Assembly (NCBI GenBank): GCA_905176665.1
Contig: CAJINA010000259.1
Coordinates: forward strand, 24,363-88,362
DNA from: Olavius algarvensis Delta 4 endosymbiont
Lineage (GTDB): Bacteria; Desulfobacterota; Desulfobacteria; Desulfobacterales; CAJINA01
Reading direction: 5' to 3'
Length of the DNA: 64,000 bases
The position numbers were made by a program, and so were the translations under genes. Numbering within the stretch: position 1 is the stretch's first letter; each line of letters starts with the position of its first letter. Below the pieces are notes generated by a model. The model saw nothing but the letters and a program-made list of their open reading frames with translations. It had not been told where the DNA came from and searched no databases. Positions 40,059 to 49,618 of the stretch are shown piece by piece.

Positions 40059-40088
40059 TTGACATATCAGACGGTTAATTAATATACC
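40059..40088 (+). promoter_or_regulatory. possible sigma-70 promoter of the Tat-ferredoxin operon
   Basis: TTGACA lies at 40059-40064 in an AT-rich tract. The -10 is only approximate (ATATAC or TATACC with a 17-18 nt spacer). The element is about 70 nt upstream of the ATG at 40157. Confidence 0.3.
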
Positions 40089-40156
40089 CAGTCCATGCTG
40101 GGGCATCGTGCCAACCTTGGCCTGTCAAGGACAAAACCTCTAAAAGGAATCAACGC

Positions 40157-41161
40157 ATGTCACCACGGTTAACCAGACGATCATTTTTAAAAGCCGGCGC
40201 CCTGACCGCCGACGCTGTCGCATCAGCCGGTCTACAGGCACCCCGCACAGCCGCCGCGGCCGGTGGTCAGGAACTGTGCACTCTCCTGGATATTCGCAAG
40301 TGTATCGCCTGCGGAGAATGTGTTTCCGCCTGCCGCGAAGTCAACGAGCAAAAATTTCCTGAACCGCAAGGCGCCATGCCCGATATGCTACCCCACAACA
40401 GGGTGAAAATCGCCGACTGGTCCGCACCGGAAAAACGGGAAATAGACCATCGCCTCACCCCTTATAATTGGCTGTTCATCCAGACCGCTGAAGGCCGGTT
40501 CAAAGGCAAAGATTTTGAAATCAACATCCCCCGGCGCTGTATGCATTGCCGCAATGCGCCCTGCTCCAAACTCTGCCCCTTCGGTGCCGCTTTTACCCAG
40601 CCAAACGGCATCATCCGGATTCACCCGGAGGTCTGTATGGGCGGAGCGAAATGCAAGCAGGTCTGCCCCTGGCATATCCCCGAAAGACAATCCGGTGTGG
40701 GGCTGCACCTGAACCCGCTACCCCAGTATGCCGGCAATGGTGTCATGTATAAATGCGATCGCTGCTACCATCGCATCGCCGACGGGAAAGTACCGGCCTG
40801 TGTGGAAGTCTGCCCCGAAGACGTACAGCAGATAGGTCCCCGGGATGCGATTGCAGCCCAGGCCTATGACCTGGCCAAGGAAATCGACGGGTACGTTTAC
40901 GGCGACAAGGAAAACGGCGGCACCAACACCCTCTATGTATCGCCCGTCCCCTTTGACGTCCTGAACAAGGCCATCGAGAAAGGGCCGGGAGAACCCCACC
41001 TGAAATCGGTGGCCGATGTTATGGCGGCGCCCAACAGATGGGCGACTGCGCTGGCAGTGGCCCCGGTGGCCGGAGTCCTGGGAGCCCTGGCCCGGTTCAA
41101 GCCCCTGGCCACGAACCTGGAGGCTGAAAAGGAGGACAACGATGAAACCCAGCCGGAGTAG
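40157..41161 (+). CDS. Tat-exported 4Fe-4S ferredoxin-type protein (DmsB/HybA/NrfC-like electron-transfer subunit)
   Basis: 334 aa with twin-arginine signal TRRSFLKAG. Cys clusters are CIACGECVSAC, CMHCRNAPCSKLCP, CMGGAKCKQVCP and CDRCYHR...CVEVCP. Confidence 0.8.
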   Translation: MSPRLTRRSFLKAGALTADAVASAGLQAPRTAAAAGGQELCTLLDIRKCIACGECVSACREVNEQKFPEPQGAMPDMLPHNRVKIADWSAPEKREIDHRLTPYNWLFIQTAEGRFKGKDFEINIPRRCMHCRNAPCSKLCPFGAAFTQPNGIIRIHPEVCMGGAKCKQVCPWHIPERQSGVGLHLNPLPQYAGNGVMYKCDRCYHRIADGKVPACVEVCPEDVQQIGPRDAIAAQAYDLAKEIDGYVYGDKENGGTNTLYVSPVPFDVLNKAIEKGPGEPHLKSVADVMAAPNRWATALAVAPVAGVLGALARFKPLATNLEAEKEDNDETQPE

Positions 41162-41597
41162 TCGCGGACTGAATTGGCTGTTCGCAGCGGCCCTGCTCGT
41201 CGCCCTGTTTACCGGGTTCGGCAACATGCCCCTGTACGGTCGCTATTACATTGCCGATATCCCCGGTTTCCAGTGGTCCGGAAATTTCATCGCCAACTTG
41301 AAAGTCCACCTGGTCACCGGCGCCCTGCTCGCGACACTGGCGGCATACAGCCTGGTTGGATCTGTCCGCCGGAAATACAAGTGGTCCGATTTCTCGGCTT
41401 CGCAGAAGTTGCTGCGCATCTCCGTTGTCCTGGTCCTGGTGTCGGGACTGCTGGCCGGTCTGAAAAACTTTGCCTTTCTGACGCCGGGATTGGCCCTCAA
41501 CATGACGCTCACCTTTTTCCATTTAGGAACCGCCGTGCTTGTCGCCGTGGTAGGAATCATGACCTTGGTAATCGGCAAAAAGAAAGTTGCCCGATGA
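41142..41597 (+). CDS. small integral membrane protein (about 4 TM), possible membrane anchor / b-type cytochrome-like partner
   Basis: The start MKPSRSSRGLNWLF at 41142 is preceded by AAGGAGG and overlaps the upstream gene by 20 nt. There are two His in predicted helices. The ORF track extends to 41016. Confidence 0.55.
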   Translation: MKPSRSSRGLNWLFAAALLVALFTGFGNMPLYGRYYIADIPGFQWSGNFIANLKVHLVTGALLATLAAYSLVGSVRRKYKWSDFSASQKLLRISVVLVLVSGLLAGLKNFAFLTPGLALNMTLTFFHLGTAVLVAVVGIMTLVIGKKKVAR

Positions 41598-41670
41598 GTA
41601 TCGAAATCAAACCGGCCGGTCTTGGATATTTTTTGGGAAGCGAACAGCTTTTAAAAGGGCGTTTGAAAAT

Positions 41671-42924
41671 TTATTGAGAGGCATCTTCCAATCTATTGGC
41701 GAAGTAATCGGAGAGCATCGTCTCCATGGCCTGAATCAAGGCCGCTTCTTTCCCAACCCCGATCGTAGTGGCTGCGGCCAGGCTGTGGCAGGCATCGGCA
41801 AATCCGCCGATGCAGCCAGTGGCCACCGGTAAAAGCGTATCTAGCCCGGGGGCTTGCCCGGAACGGATCTTCCGGCGCAGGGCGGCGGATACGCGCATGG
41901 AGATTTTGACCTGATCCATGGGAATCTTCCCAAAACCGGGAATATTTGCCGGAATCGTCTGGAAACCGGCGACAAACTTGCCGGGGCTAAAAGGGAGGCG
42001 GTCTTTGAATTTTTCACAGAAGACACCGATCATTTTGACTCCCATCGGCTCAAACCGGTTTTCAACGTGAAACCATTGAATATGCTCGGTTTCCTGCAAG
42101 CCACCATTCAATAGCCTTTCAGCTTCTTTATCGAACAGTTCATCTTGCAGGGCTTTCAATCCATCCAACATCCGCTCCGTCTTAGGATCGAGGCCCACAA
42201 GGACCGCCCGGATACCCACCTCGGGACCATTGCGGTAGTAGCCAGCCGCTCCCAGGGTATCCAAATAAGTGCTGAACAGTTCGCAGGCCAGCGCGCCTCC
42301 GGGGGAGTGGTAAACATACTTTTCACCATTCCTGTTCGGCATGATTTCAAGCGTCCCCTGTCGCTCAGCTTCCAGGGCGACCATCCGGTTCGGGCCGGCC
42401 AGAACGCCGTTTACATAAAACCCGTCGCCAACGGCACCGATGACCGCAAGGGGCGCCAGGTCGGCATTGGACGGATCAAAGGCATACGCGAAAAGGTAAG
42501 CGGTGGTCGAGGCGGACACGTCACGATCACCGGCGAGACCATACAATTCAGGGTTCAGGTTGAGTATCCTGTCATCCTCAACCGGGGCCGCTTTGTGGTG
42601 GTCCAGAATCACAACCAGGTTCCGGCTTTGGTTCAGGTCTGAAATCAACGGGGCAATGCGCCCGGCGAAATCGGCAAAGACGATCAGTCGGTCGGTCTGC
42701 TTGAAAACCTTCTCCAGCACGACGGGATAGGGCTTTTCCAGACAATAACGTTCAACCGCAAACCCGGCCCGTTCAAAAGCCCGGATCAAAATAGCCCCCG
42801 CCGTCAATCCATCGGCGTCGTTGTGGTGCAGGAGTTGGACGGTCTTACCCGGCCATTTTCTTATGTGATCCGCGGCAGCGGCCATCGCGGTCATCAATTC
42901 GGGGAGCATCCCGGTTCTTCTCAT
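41671..42924 (-). CDS. DHH-family phosphoesterase (RecJ-like / NrnA-like)
   Basis: 417 aa with LLHHNDADGLTAG (DHH motifs I-II), ILDHHK and AVGDG. Confidence 0.7.
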   Translation of the reverse strand: MRRTGMLPELMTAMAAAADHIRKWPGKTVQLLHHNDADGLTAGAILIRAFERAGFAVERYCLEKPYPVVLEKVFKQTDRLIVFADFAGRIAPLISDLNQSRNLVVILDHHKAAPVEDDRILNLNPELYGLAGDRDVSASTTAYLFAYAFDPSNADLAPLAVIGAVGDGFYVNGVLAGPNRMVALEAERQGTLEIMPNRNGEKYVYHSPGGALACELFSTYLDTLGAAGYYRNGPEVGIRAVLVGLDPKTERMLDGLKALQDELFDKEAERLLNGGLQETEHIQWFHVENRFEPMGVKMIGVFCEKFKDRLPFSPGKFVAGFQTIPANIPGFGKIPMDQVKISMRVSAALRRKIRSGQAPGLDTLLPVATGCIGGFADACHSLAAATTIGVGKEAALIQAMETMLSDYFANRLEDASQ

Positions 42925-43009
42925 CGCTATTTGACAACTGGTTGCAACCGTTGTAACGACCCTTAGGGTTCGTGTAAAAATTAATTCGCAGATGAGCAGC
43001 GTTCAAGCG

Positions 43010-43080
43010 CCCACTCAGCAAGGCGCGGAAATTAAGGAATATCAAGCATATTCCGCATTTTCGCAACGCCGCTGAGTGGG
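43010..43080. repeat. 71-nt imperfect nested hairpin in the DHH/HAD divergent intergenic region
   Basis: The outer arms are cccactcagc (43010-43019) and gctgagtggg (43071-43080). The inner arms are ggaatat (43036-43042) and atattcc (43048-43054) with a 5-nt loop. Confidence 0.6.
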
Positions 43081-43193
43081 ATGATTGGGCGCTGAGAATG
43101 TGAAGTTATTTTTATACGAGCCCTTCACCGCCCTATTACAAAAGATGCCGGCAGGCAACCCATAATCGCGGGACCCCCTACACAGGATCAACC

Positions 43194-43982
43194 ATGCAGC
43201 CTTTCAGCAAATTTCCGTCCGGAGACAAAACACGCATCCAATACATTTTATCAGACATCGATGACACCCTGACGTACGGCGGCCGTCTGCCGGCCGTGGT
43301 CTTTGACGCCATGGAGCGCCTCCAGGCCGCCGGTTTGCGCATCTTTCCCATCACGGGACGCCCCGCCGGCTGGTGCGACCACATTGCCCGGATGTGGCCG
43401 GTAGACGGGCTGGTGGGTGAAAACGGCGCCTTCTATTTTCGCTATGACCGCGACAATCGGAAAATGGTTCGGCGTTATTGGAAAACAACTGCCGAGCGCG
43501 ACCAGGATCGTACCCGCCTCGAATCGCTGAAAGCGCAGATCCTGAAAGATGTCCCCGGCTGCGCTGTTTCCGCGGATCAGGCCTACCGGGAGGCGGACCT
43601 GGCGATAGATTTTTGTGAGGACGTTACCCCTCTGTCTGTGGACCGCATCGGCGCCATCGTCGACCTATTCGAGGCCGCCGGTGCCCATGCAAAAGTCAGC
43701 TCCATTCATGTGAACGGCTGGTTTGGGAAGTATGACAAACTGGCCATGACCCGGGTCCTGTTTCAGGAGCACCTCCAACATGACATCGATCGGGATCGGG
43801 AATCCATCCTTTTCATCGGCGACTCACCCAACGATAGCCCCATGTTCCAATTTTTTCCCCATTCTGTCGGTGTGGCCAATGTACTCGAATTCAAGGGGCA
43901 ACTGGCAGCCGCACCCGAGTGGGTAACCACCCGGGAAGGGGGCTATGGGTTCGCGGAAATGGTGGACCATTTGCTGGCCTGA
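43194..43982 (+). CDS. HAD-IIB family hydrolase (sugar-phosphate phosphatase-like)
   Basis: 262 aa with ILSDIDDTLT, ITGRP and GDSPND motifs. Confidence 0.8.
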   Translation: MQPFSKFPSGDKTRIQYILSDIDDTLTYGGRLPAVVFDAMERLQAAGLRIFPITGRPAGWCDHIARMWPVDGLVGENGAFYFRYDRDNRKMVRRYWKTTAERDQDRTRLESLKAQILKDVPGCAVSADQAYREADLAIDFCEDVTPLSVDRIGAIVDLFEAAGAHAKVSSIHVNGWFGKYDKLAMTRVLFQEHLQHDIDRDRESILFIGDSPNDSPMFQFFPHSVGVANVLEFKGQLAAAPEWVTTREGGYGFAEMVDHLLA

Positions 43983-44108
43983 CGTGAGGGATCCGGGGCT
44001 GTTTTAGTTTGACAATAGAACCCTCCGATTATAGGTATGAGATGTCTTCACACTGGGAATTCAACCCCGAATTTCATGGCAATACACATAAATCCGAAGG
44101 AGGGAACG

Positions 44109-45140
44109 ATGAAGGACGCATTGTTGTTTCGCAGAGTACTGCTGTTTGGTTTGGCGCTCGCCCTGGTCTGCGGTCCGGTTTTACCGGCAGCGGCGGATAC
44201 GTGCAAGAATCGCGGTACCCTGGATGTCAGGTATTGCGACGAAAATGGCGACCTGGTAGCGGATCCCCCGAAGGATTCGAGTAAGTGGCTCAACCCCAGC
44301 ACCCTGGTTTTTTCGTACACCCCGGTCGAGGATCCATCTGTTTACGAGAACGTGTTCACCGAATTCATGGACTACCTCGCTGAAAAAACCGGGAAGAAAG
44401 TTCGTTGGTACGGGGCCGAATCCTACGCAGCCCAGGTGGAAGCCATGCGCTCCGGACGGCTGCACGTGGCCGGTATCTCTACCGGTCCCACCTGCTTCGG
44501 CGTCAATCTGGCCGGGTACGTACCTTTCTCCATTATGGGCAAAGCGGATGGGTCCTTCGGGTACAAACTGCAGGTCATTACCCATAAAGATACCGATATC
44601 ATGGCGCTCAAAGATATGAAGGGCCGGAAAATCGCCCACGTCACGCCATCTTCCAACTCCGGGAACCAGGCTCCCAGGGCGCTATTCAAGGCCCAGGGTG
44701 TCCAACCGGATGTGGACTACAAGGTGATGTATTCCGGCAAACACGACAACTCCATCATGGGCGTGGCCAACAAGGACTACGATGCCGCCCCCATCGCCTC
44801 CAGCGTCCTGGACCGCATGGTTCAAAAAGGGGTCGTCAATATGGATGACCTACGGATCATCTGGGAATCCAAACTGTTTCCGACCACCTCCTACGGACAC
44901 ATATACAACCTTGATCCGAGCCTGGCCAAAAAGATCGTAGACGCCTTTTTAACCTTTGACTGGAAGGGCTCCGGCCTTGAAAAAGAATTCGGTAAACAGG
45001 CCGACCGTTTCATTTCGATCACCTATGAAAACCATTGGTCCGATATCCGCACCATCCAGCAGACCAATGGCGTGGTGTATAGTGATGAGTCTTTACAGGG
45101 ACTCAAAGTCAAGAAAAAGAAGAAGAAAAAGAAAAAATAG
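44109..45140 (+). CDS. phnD: phosphonate/phosphite ABC transporter substrate-binding protein with C-terminal poly-lysine tail
   Basis: The start MKDALLFRRVLLFGLALAL at 44109 follows GAAGGAGG. A signal peptide and the PhnD-like core (YAAQVEAMRSGRLHVAG, SNSGNQAP) are present. The protein ends KVKKKKKKKKK. Confidence 0.85.
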   Translation: MKDALLFRRVLLFGLALALVCGPVLPAAADTCKNRGTLDVRYCDENGDLVADPPKDSSKWLNPSTLVFSYTPVEDPSVYENVFTEFMDYLAEKTGKKVRWYGAESYAAQVEAMRSGRLHVAGISTGPTCFGVNLAGYVPFSIMGKADGSFGYKLQVITHKDTDIMALKDMKGRKIAHVTPSSNSGNQAPRALFKAQGVQPDVDYKVMYSGKHDNSIMGVANKDYDAAPIASSVLDRMVQKGVVNMDDLRIIWESKLFPTTSYGHIYNLDPSLAKKIVDAFLTFDWKGSGLEKEFGKQADRFISITYENHWSDIRTIQQTNGVVYSDESLQGLKVKKKKKKKKK

Positions 45141-45159
45141 AATAAAACCAGTTGGACGA

Positions 45160-45195
45160 GACCACCGGCATAGAAATATGCCGGTGGTTCTTTAT
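45160..45195 (+). terminator. intrinsic terminator/attenuator between phnD and phnC
   Basis: A 12-bp stem accaccggcata/tatgccggtggt has a GAAA loop (45173-45176) and is followed by TTCTTTAT. Confidence 0.65.
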
Positions 45196-45240
45196 GTCTA
45201 GCTGATCGCGAAGCTTACCCTCAACAGCAGCAGGCGGACC

Positions 45241-46077
45241 ATGCTTACCATTACGGACCTCCGGAAAATATACCCCAACGGCACCAAGGCGCTCAACAAC
45301 GTCAGTTTCACTGTTGACCAGCCCCAGGTTATTGCCATTATCGGCCCTTCAGGGGCCGGTAAAAGCACCCTGATCCGCTGTATCAACCGTCTGGTGGAGC
45401 CCTCCTCCGGCCGGATCATGCTCGACGATGTCGATATCGCGTCGTTGAACCGGCGCCAACTGCGCAAAGTTCGCCGGCGCATGGGGATGATCTTCCAGGA
45501 GTACAATCTGGTGGACCGCCTGACGGTCATGGAAAACCTGCTGTCCGGCCGCCTGGGATATGTCTCGTTCTGGCGGGCCTGGCGACGGAAATTTCCGCCG
45601 GAAGATGTGGTAGCGGCATTCAAGCTGCTGGAACGGGTCGGTCTCGAGGGCTACCAGGACACCCGGGCGGATGCGCTTTCCGGCGGCCAGCGCCAGCGGG
45701 TCGGCATCGGGCGGGCCTTGATGCAGGCGCCCGACCTGCTCCTGGTGGACGAACCCACCGCCAGCCTGGATCCTAAAACCAGCCGCCAGATCATGCGGCT
45801 GCTCGTGGAACTGGTAAATGAGCAGGGCACCCCGGCCCTGGTCAACATTCACGACGTGGCCCTGGCCCAGTCGTTTTCCGACCGCATCATCGGCTTGCGC
45901 AATGGTGAAATCGTCTTCGAAGGCACCGCCAACGAGGTTACCGCAGAGGTATTGACCGATATCTACGGCGAGGAGGACTGGAGCCTCACCATACGGAAAG
46001 AAGATGAAGAGGATCCGGTCGACGGCAAAACCGCGGACAAGAAAACCGGTTTCATACGCGAGGCAGCCGCCGGATGA
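45241..46077 (+). CDS. phnC: phosphonate ABC transporter ATP-binding protein
   Basis: 278 aa with [18 protein letters not shown] and [11 protein letters not shown]. Confidence 0.9.
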   Translation: MLTITDLRKIYPNGTKALNNVSFTVDQPQVIAIIGPSGAGKSTLIRCINRLVEPSSGRIMLDDVDIASLNRRQLRKVRRRMGMIFQEYNLVDRLTVMENLLSGRLGYVSFWRAWRRKFPPEDVVAAFKLLERVGLEGYQDTRADALSGGQRQRVGIGRALMQAPDLLLVDEPTASLDPKTSRQIMRLLVELVNEQGTPALVNIHDVALAQSFSDRIIGLRNGEIVFEGTANEVTAEVLTDIYGEEDWSLTIRKEDEEDPVDGKTADKKTGFIREAAAG

Positions 46078-46889
46078 GCACATCAACTGCTAAAACGACG
46101 CCGGCGCCACCGCGCTGGAACCGGATGCGCATGATCGAAAATCCGACCCTGCGCTACGGTCTTTTGATGCTGGGCGTGTTTTACCTGTTCTGGTCGGCGG
46201 GGGCCCTGGACATCAACTGGCATCGCATCTCGACCGGTATCCCGCGGGCGGGCAACATGTTTGCCCGGATGGTGCCCCCGGACTTTTCGCGCTGGTCCCT
46301 GCTGGTCAAAGGGATTGTCGAGAGCGTCCAGATGGCCCTGGCGGCCAGCTTTTTCGGCATGCTCCTGGCTGTCCCGCTGGGAATCTGCGGGGCGGGCAAC
46401 CTGGTGCCCAAACCGGTGTATGTCGTAGCCCGCGCCCTGATTATCCTATCTAGAACCTTTCATGAAATCATCATCGCCATTTTCTTCGTCAAGATTTTTG
46501 GATTCGGTCCCCTGGCCGGCGTCCTCACGCTGATCGTGGCGAGCACCAGCTTTATTTCAAAGATGATCGCGGAGGACATCGAAAACATGCCGCCCGGCCA
46601 CTTGGAGGCCATCCGGGCAACGGGCGCGAGTTTTCCCCAACTGCTGATCTATTGTATCTCCCCCCATTCACTGCCGCGGTTTCTGGGAGTGTCCATCTAC
46701 CGCCTGGACGCCAATATCCGGCACTCCACCGTTGTCGGCATCGTGGGGGCCGGGGGCATCGGGCAGGTTCTGGCGGCGACGTTCAGCCGCTATGATTACG
46801 ATTTCAGTCTGGCCATCCTCATGACGATCGTCTCGCTGGTTTTCATCGGCGAGTTCTTCTCCAGCTGGGTGCGGGGTTATCTGCGATGA
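46074..46889 (+). CDS. phnE: phosphonate ABC transporter permease
   Basis: 271 aa with the PhnE-type EAIRATGAS motif and a 4-nt overlap with phnC. Confidence 0.85.
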   Translation: MSTSTAKTTPAPPRWNRMRMIENPTLRYGLLMLGVFYLFWSAGALDINWHRISTGIPRAGNMFARMVPPDFSRWSLLVKGIVESVQMALAASFFGMLLAVPLGICGAGNLVPKPVYVVARALIILSRTFHEIIIAIFFVKIFGFGPLAGVLTLIVASTSFISKMIAEDIENMPPGHLEAIRATGASFPQLLIYCISPHSLPRFLGVSIYRLDANIRHSTVVGIVGAGGIGQVLAATFSRYDYDFSLAILMTIVSLVFIGEFFSSWVRGYLR

Positions 46890-47698
46890 CTCCCACTGAA
46901 CACGCCAAAAAGTATCCAGACGTTTGGCGGCGGTTTTCGCCCCGGACCACCCTGATCCAATACGCCTGGTATGTCGGCATCGTGGCGGCAGCCGTCTGGT
47001 CGGTCAGCAATCTCGACCTGCCGTGGTTCTATTTTCTCGATGCCCATATACAGGCGCTCGATCTGGCCGAGCGCATGTGGCCGCCCGACCTGACCTTCTG
47101 GGAAACCCTGGCCAAGCCGCTGCTGGAAACCATCCATATCGCCACCCTCGGCACTATCATTACTTTTGTCATCGCGTTTCCCATAGCGTTTCTGGCCGCC
47201 CGCAACACCACCTTCAATACCGCTACGTGGTTCGTGGGCCGGCTCATTCTGGTCACCTCGCGGTCTGTCAACACCGTTGTCTGGGGTCTTTTTTTCGTGG
47301 CGATCTTCGGGCCGGGCCCCCTGGCCGGCATCTGGGCAATAGCCTTCCGGTCGATCGGATTTATGGGCAAATTGGTGGCGGAAGCCATCGAAGAGATCGA
47401 CGAGGGGGTGGCGGAAGCCATAGAGGCCACCGGCGCTTCCCGGCTCCAGGTATTGATGTACGGTATCTTGCCCCAGGTACTGCCGGTGATCTACGGCACG
47501 GCGGTCTACCGCTGGGATATCAATATCCGGGAGTCCACGGTGCTGGGCTTCGTGGGCGCCGGCGGCATCGGCATCCTGCTCTACTCCTCCATCAACCAGT
47601 TTCAGTGGCATGAGGTCTCGCTGATTCTCTGCTCAGTTTTCGGAGTGGTGCTGGTGAGCGAGTTTATCTCGGCATTGGTTCGTCAGCGGATTAGCTAA
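46886..47698 (+). CDS. phnE: phosphonate ABC transporter permease (second copy)
   Basis: 270 aa with the EAIEATGAS motif and a 4-nt overlap with the first phnE. Confidence 0.85.
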   Translation: MTPTEHAKKYPDVWRRFSPRTTLIQYAWYVGIVAAAVWSVSNLDLPWFYFLDAHIQALDLAERMWPPDLTFWETLAKPLLETIHIATLGTIITFVIAFPIAFLAARNTTFNTATWFVGRLILVTSRSVNTVVWGLFFVAIFGPGPLAGIWAIAFRSIGFMGKLVAEAIEEIDEGVAEAIEATGASRLQVLMYGILPQVLPVIYGTAVYRWDINIRESTVLGFVGAGGIGILLYSSINQFQWHEVSLILCSVFGVVLVSEFISALVRQRIS

Positions 47699-47740
47699 TA
47701 GTCACACAAAAAGCAAAAGGAGTTAATGTAAAATACATCC

Positions 47741-47777
47741 TTGACAGGGCCCCACAAACCAACTATATTCCAATATA
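47741..47777 (+). promoter_or_regulatory. sigma-70 promoter of the ArsR operon with overlapping palindrome (candidate ArsR operator)
   Basis: TTGACA (47741-47746), a 17-nt spacer and TATATT (47764-47769). The palindrome TATATTccAATATA (47764-47777) overlaps the -10. GGAGG follows at 47785 and the ATG is at 47794. Confidence 0.65.
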
Positions 47778-47793
47778 ACGATATGGAGGCGGC

Positions 47794-48138
47794 ATGAGAG
47801 AATTTATTAAGGTAATGAAAGCCCTGTCTGACCCGAACCGGGTCAAAATGATCAAGTTGCTCCAGCATAGGGTTCTGTGCGTTTGTGAAATCAAAGAGGC
47901 ATTAGGGTTGGCGCAATCCACCGCCAGCAAGCATTTAAAACTACTTGAAGATGCCGGTTTAATAACCTTTTCCAAGGATGGACTATGGGTAAATTACAGG
48001 TTGGCCGATGGATCCCATAGCCCCTATGTTTCCAATCTGTTAGGGAATCTGCGGCATTGGCTTGAGGATGACCCTGACATTGCCAAACTTGTGGAACACC
48101 TCCCACAGGTCAACCGGGAAACCATTTGCGGCGGGTAA
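47794..48138 (+). CDS. ArsR/SmtB-family metalloregulator
   Basis: 114 aa with ALSDPNRVKMIKLL, a CVCEI metal-site motif and SQSTASKHLKLLEDAGL. Confidence 0.9.
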   Translation: MREFIKVMKALSDPNRVKMIKLLQHRVLCVCEIKEALGLAQSTASKHLKLLEDAGLITFSKDGLWVNYRLADGSHSPYVSNLLGNLRHWLEDDPDIAKLVEHLPQVNRETICGG

Positions 48139-48245
48139 TTTTTTTTGGCCTTATTATATCGCTATATGTCGAAATATGAACGGATTGACGACCCCACAAG
48201 ACACTGGATATTTCGCGTGGCCGCCCACAAGGAGATTTAAGAACA

Positions 48246-49417
48246 ATGAAAGAGCGTACCAAGTTATTATGGATTGTGGGTATTTTTTCAGCCGCCTATT
48301 ACGTGCCGTGGAGCCATCCACTTATCCGGCAGTCCGGGCTGGAAGCCTTTATGATGTTGCAGGAATATGCCCGGGAACATGTCCTGACCTGCCTGATTCC
48401 AGCATTTTTCATCGCCGGTGCCATTGCCGTGTTTGTTTCACAGGGCGCGGTCTTGAAATATTTTGGGGCCCAGGCCAGTAGATTCTGTCATACTCGGTTG
48501 CATCGGTTTCGGGAACTATCCTGGCGGTCTGTTCCTGCACTGTGCTGCCTTTGTTCGCCGGTATCTATACCCGCGGGGCCGGGATCGGGCCGGCTACAGC
48601 ATTTTTATACTCAGGCCCTGCCATCAACGTACTTGCAATCACGTTAACGGCCAAGATTCTGGGCTGGCAACTGGGGCTTGCCCGGGCCATCGGTGCGGTT
48701 GTTTTTGCTATTGTGACCGGACTGTTGATGACCCTGATTTTTCGCAAGGATGACGCTGCCCGTACGGCGGGTCAGATTTATGTACCGGATTCTGAAGGTA
48801 AGGAGCGTACACTGTTCCAAGACACCCTGTACCCGTTAACGATGGTTCTGATACTGGTATTTGCCGCTTTTGCAAAACCGGCACCGGGATCTACCGGTTT
48901 ATGGCCGGCTATTTTTGCTGCCAAGTGGTATATCACCATTGCTCTCCTGATTATCCTTGGTTTCATGCTGAAGTCCTGGTTTACCCGAGATGAGTGCAAA
49001 AGCTGGGTGGAGTCCACCTGGGGATTTATGAAGCAGATCTTTCCACTCCTGGCCGGCGGAGTTTTGGTGGCTGGCTTCCTTCTGGGTCGTCCGGGCCATC
49101 CGGCCCTGATTCCTGAGCAATGGGTCCAATCCCTCTTGGGCGGGAACTCATTTTCGGCTAACCTGATCGCCTCATTGGCCGGTGCTTTTATGTACTTTGC
49201 CACCCTTACCGAGGTGCCGATTTTACAGGGCCTTCTGGGTGCCGGCATGGGCCAAGGCCCGGCCCTGGCCCTGCTGCTGGCCGGACCAGCGCTTTCCCTG
49301 CCCAACATGCTGGTAATCGGCAGTGTCATGGGGGCCAAAAAAACGGCCACTTTTTGTGGTATTATCGTTATCATGAGCACCTTTGCCGGGATGATTTACG
49401 GCACTTGGTTCGCATAA
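48246..49417 (+). pseudogene. COG0701/ArsP-like permease carrying a 1-nt frameshift
   Basis: Frame A reads ...VLKYFGAQAS up to about 48479. The conserved continuation ILSYSVASVSGTILAVCSCTVLPLFAGIYTRGAGIGPATAFLYSGPAINVL is in the -1 frame from 48482. The junction agtagatt is consistent with loss of one base. Confidence 0.7.
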
Positions 49418-49618
49418 GCGGGTGTGCCAATGAAAGATGTCACATAAATCATAGTTGGCGGGCAAAAATCAGGCATCATCGGATTGAAAGACGCCCCGGA
49501 GGCAGCGGTGGACACGTGCCGGGGTCAGGGCCGTTGGTACGGTCCCACCCAAAAAAAGATAACGGCCTGGATAGAATAAGCTGAAAAAAATAACCAACTT
49601 TAACCGGAGGAACGGTCA

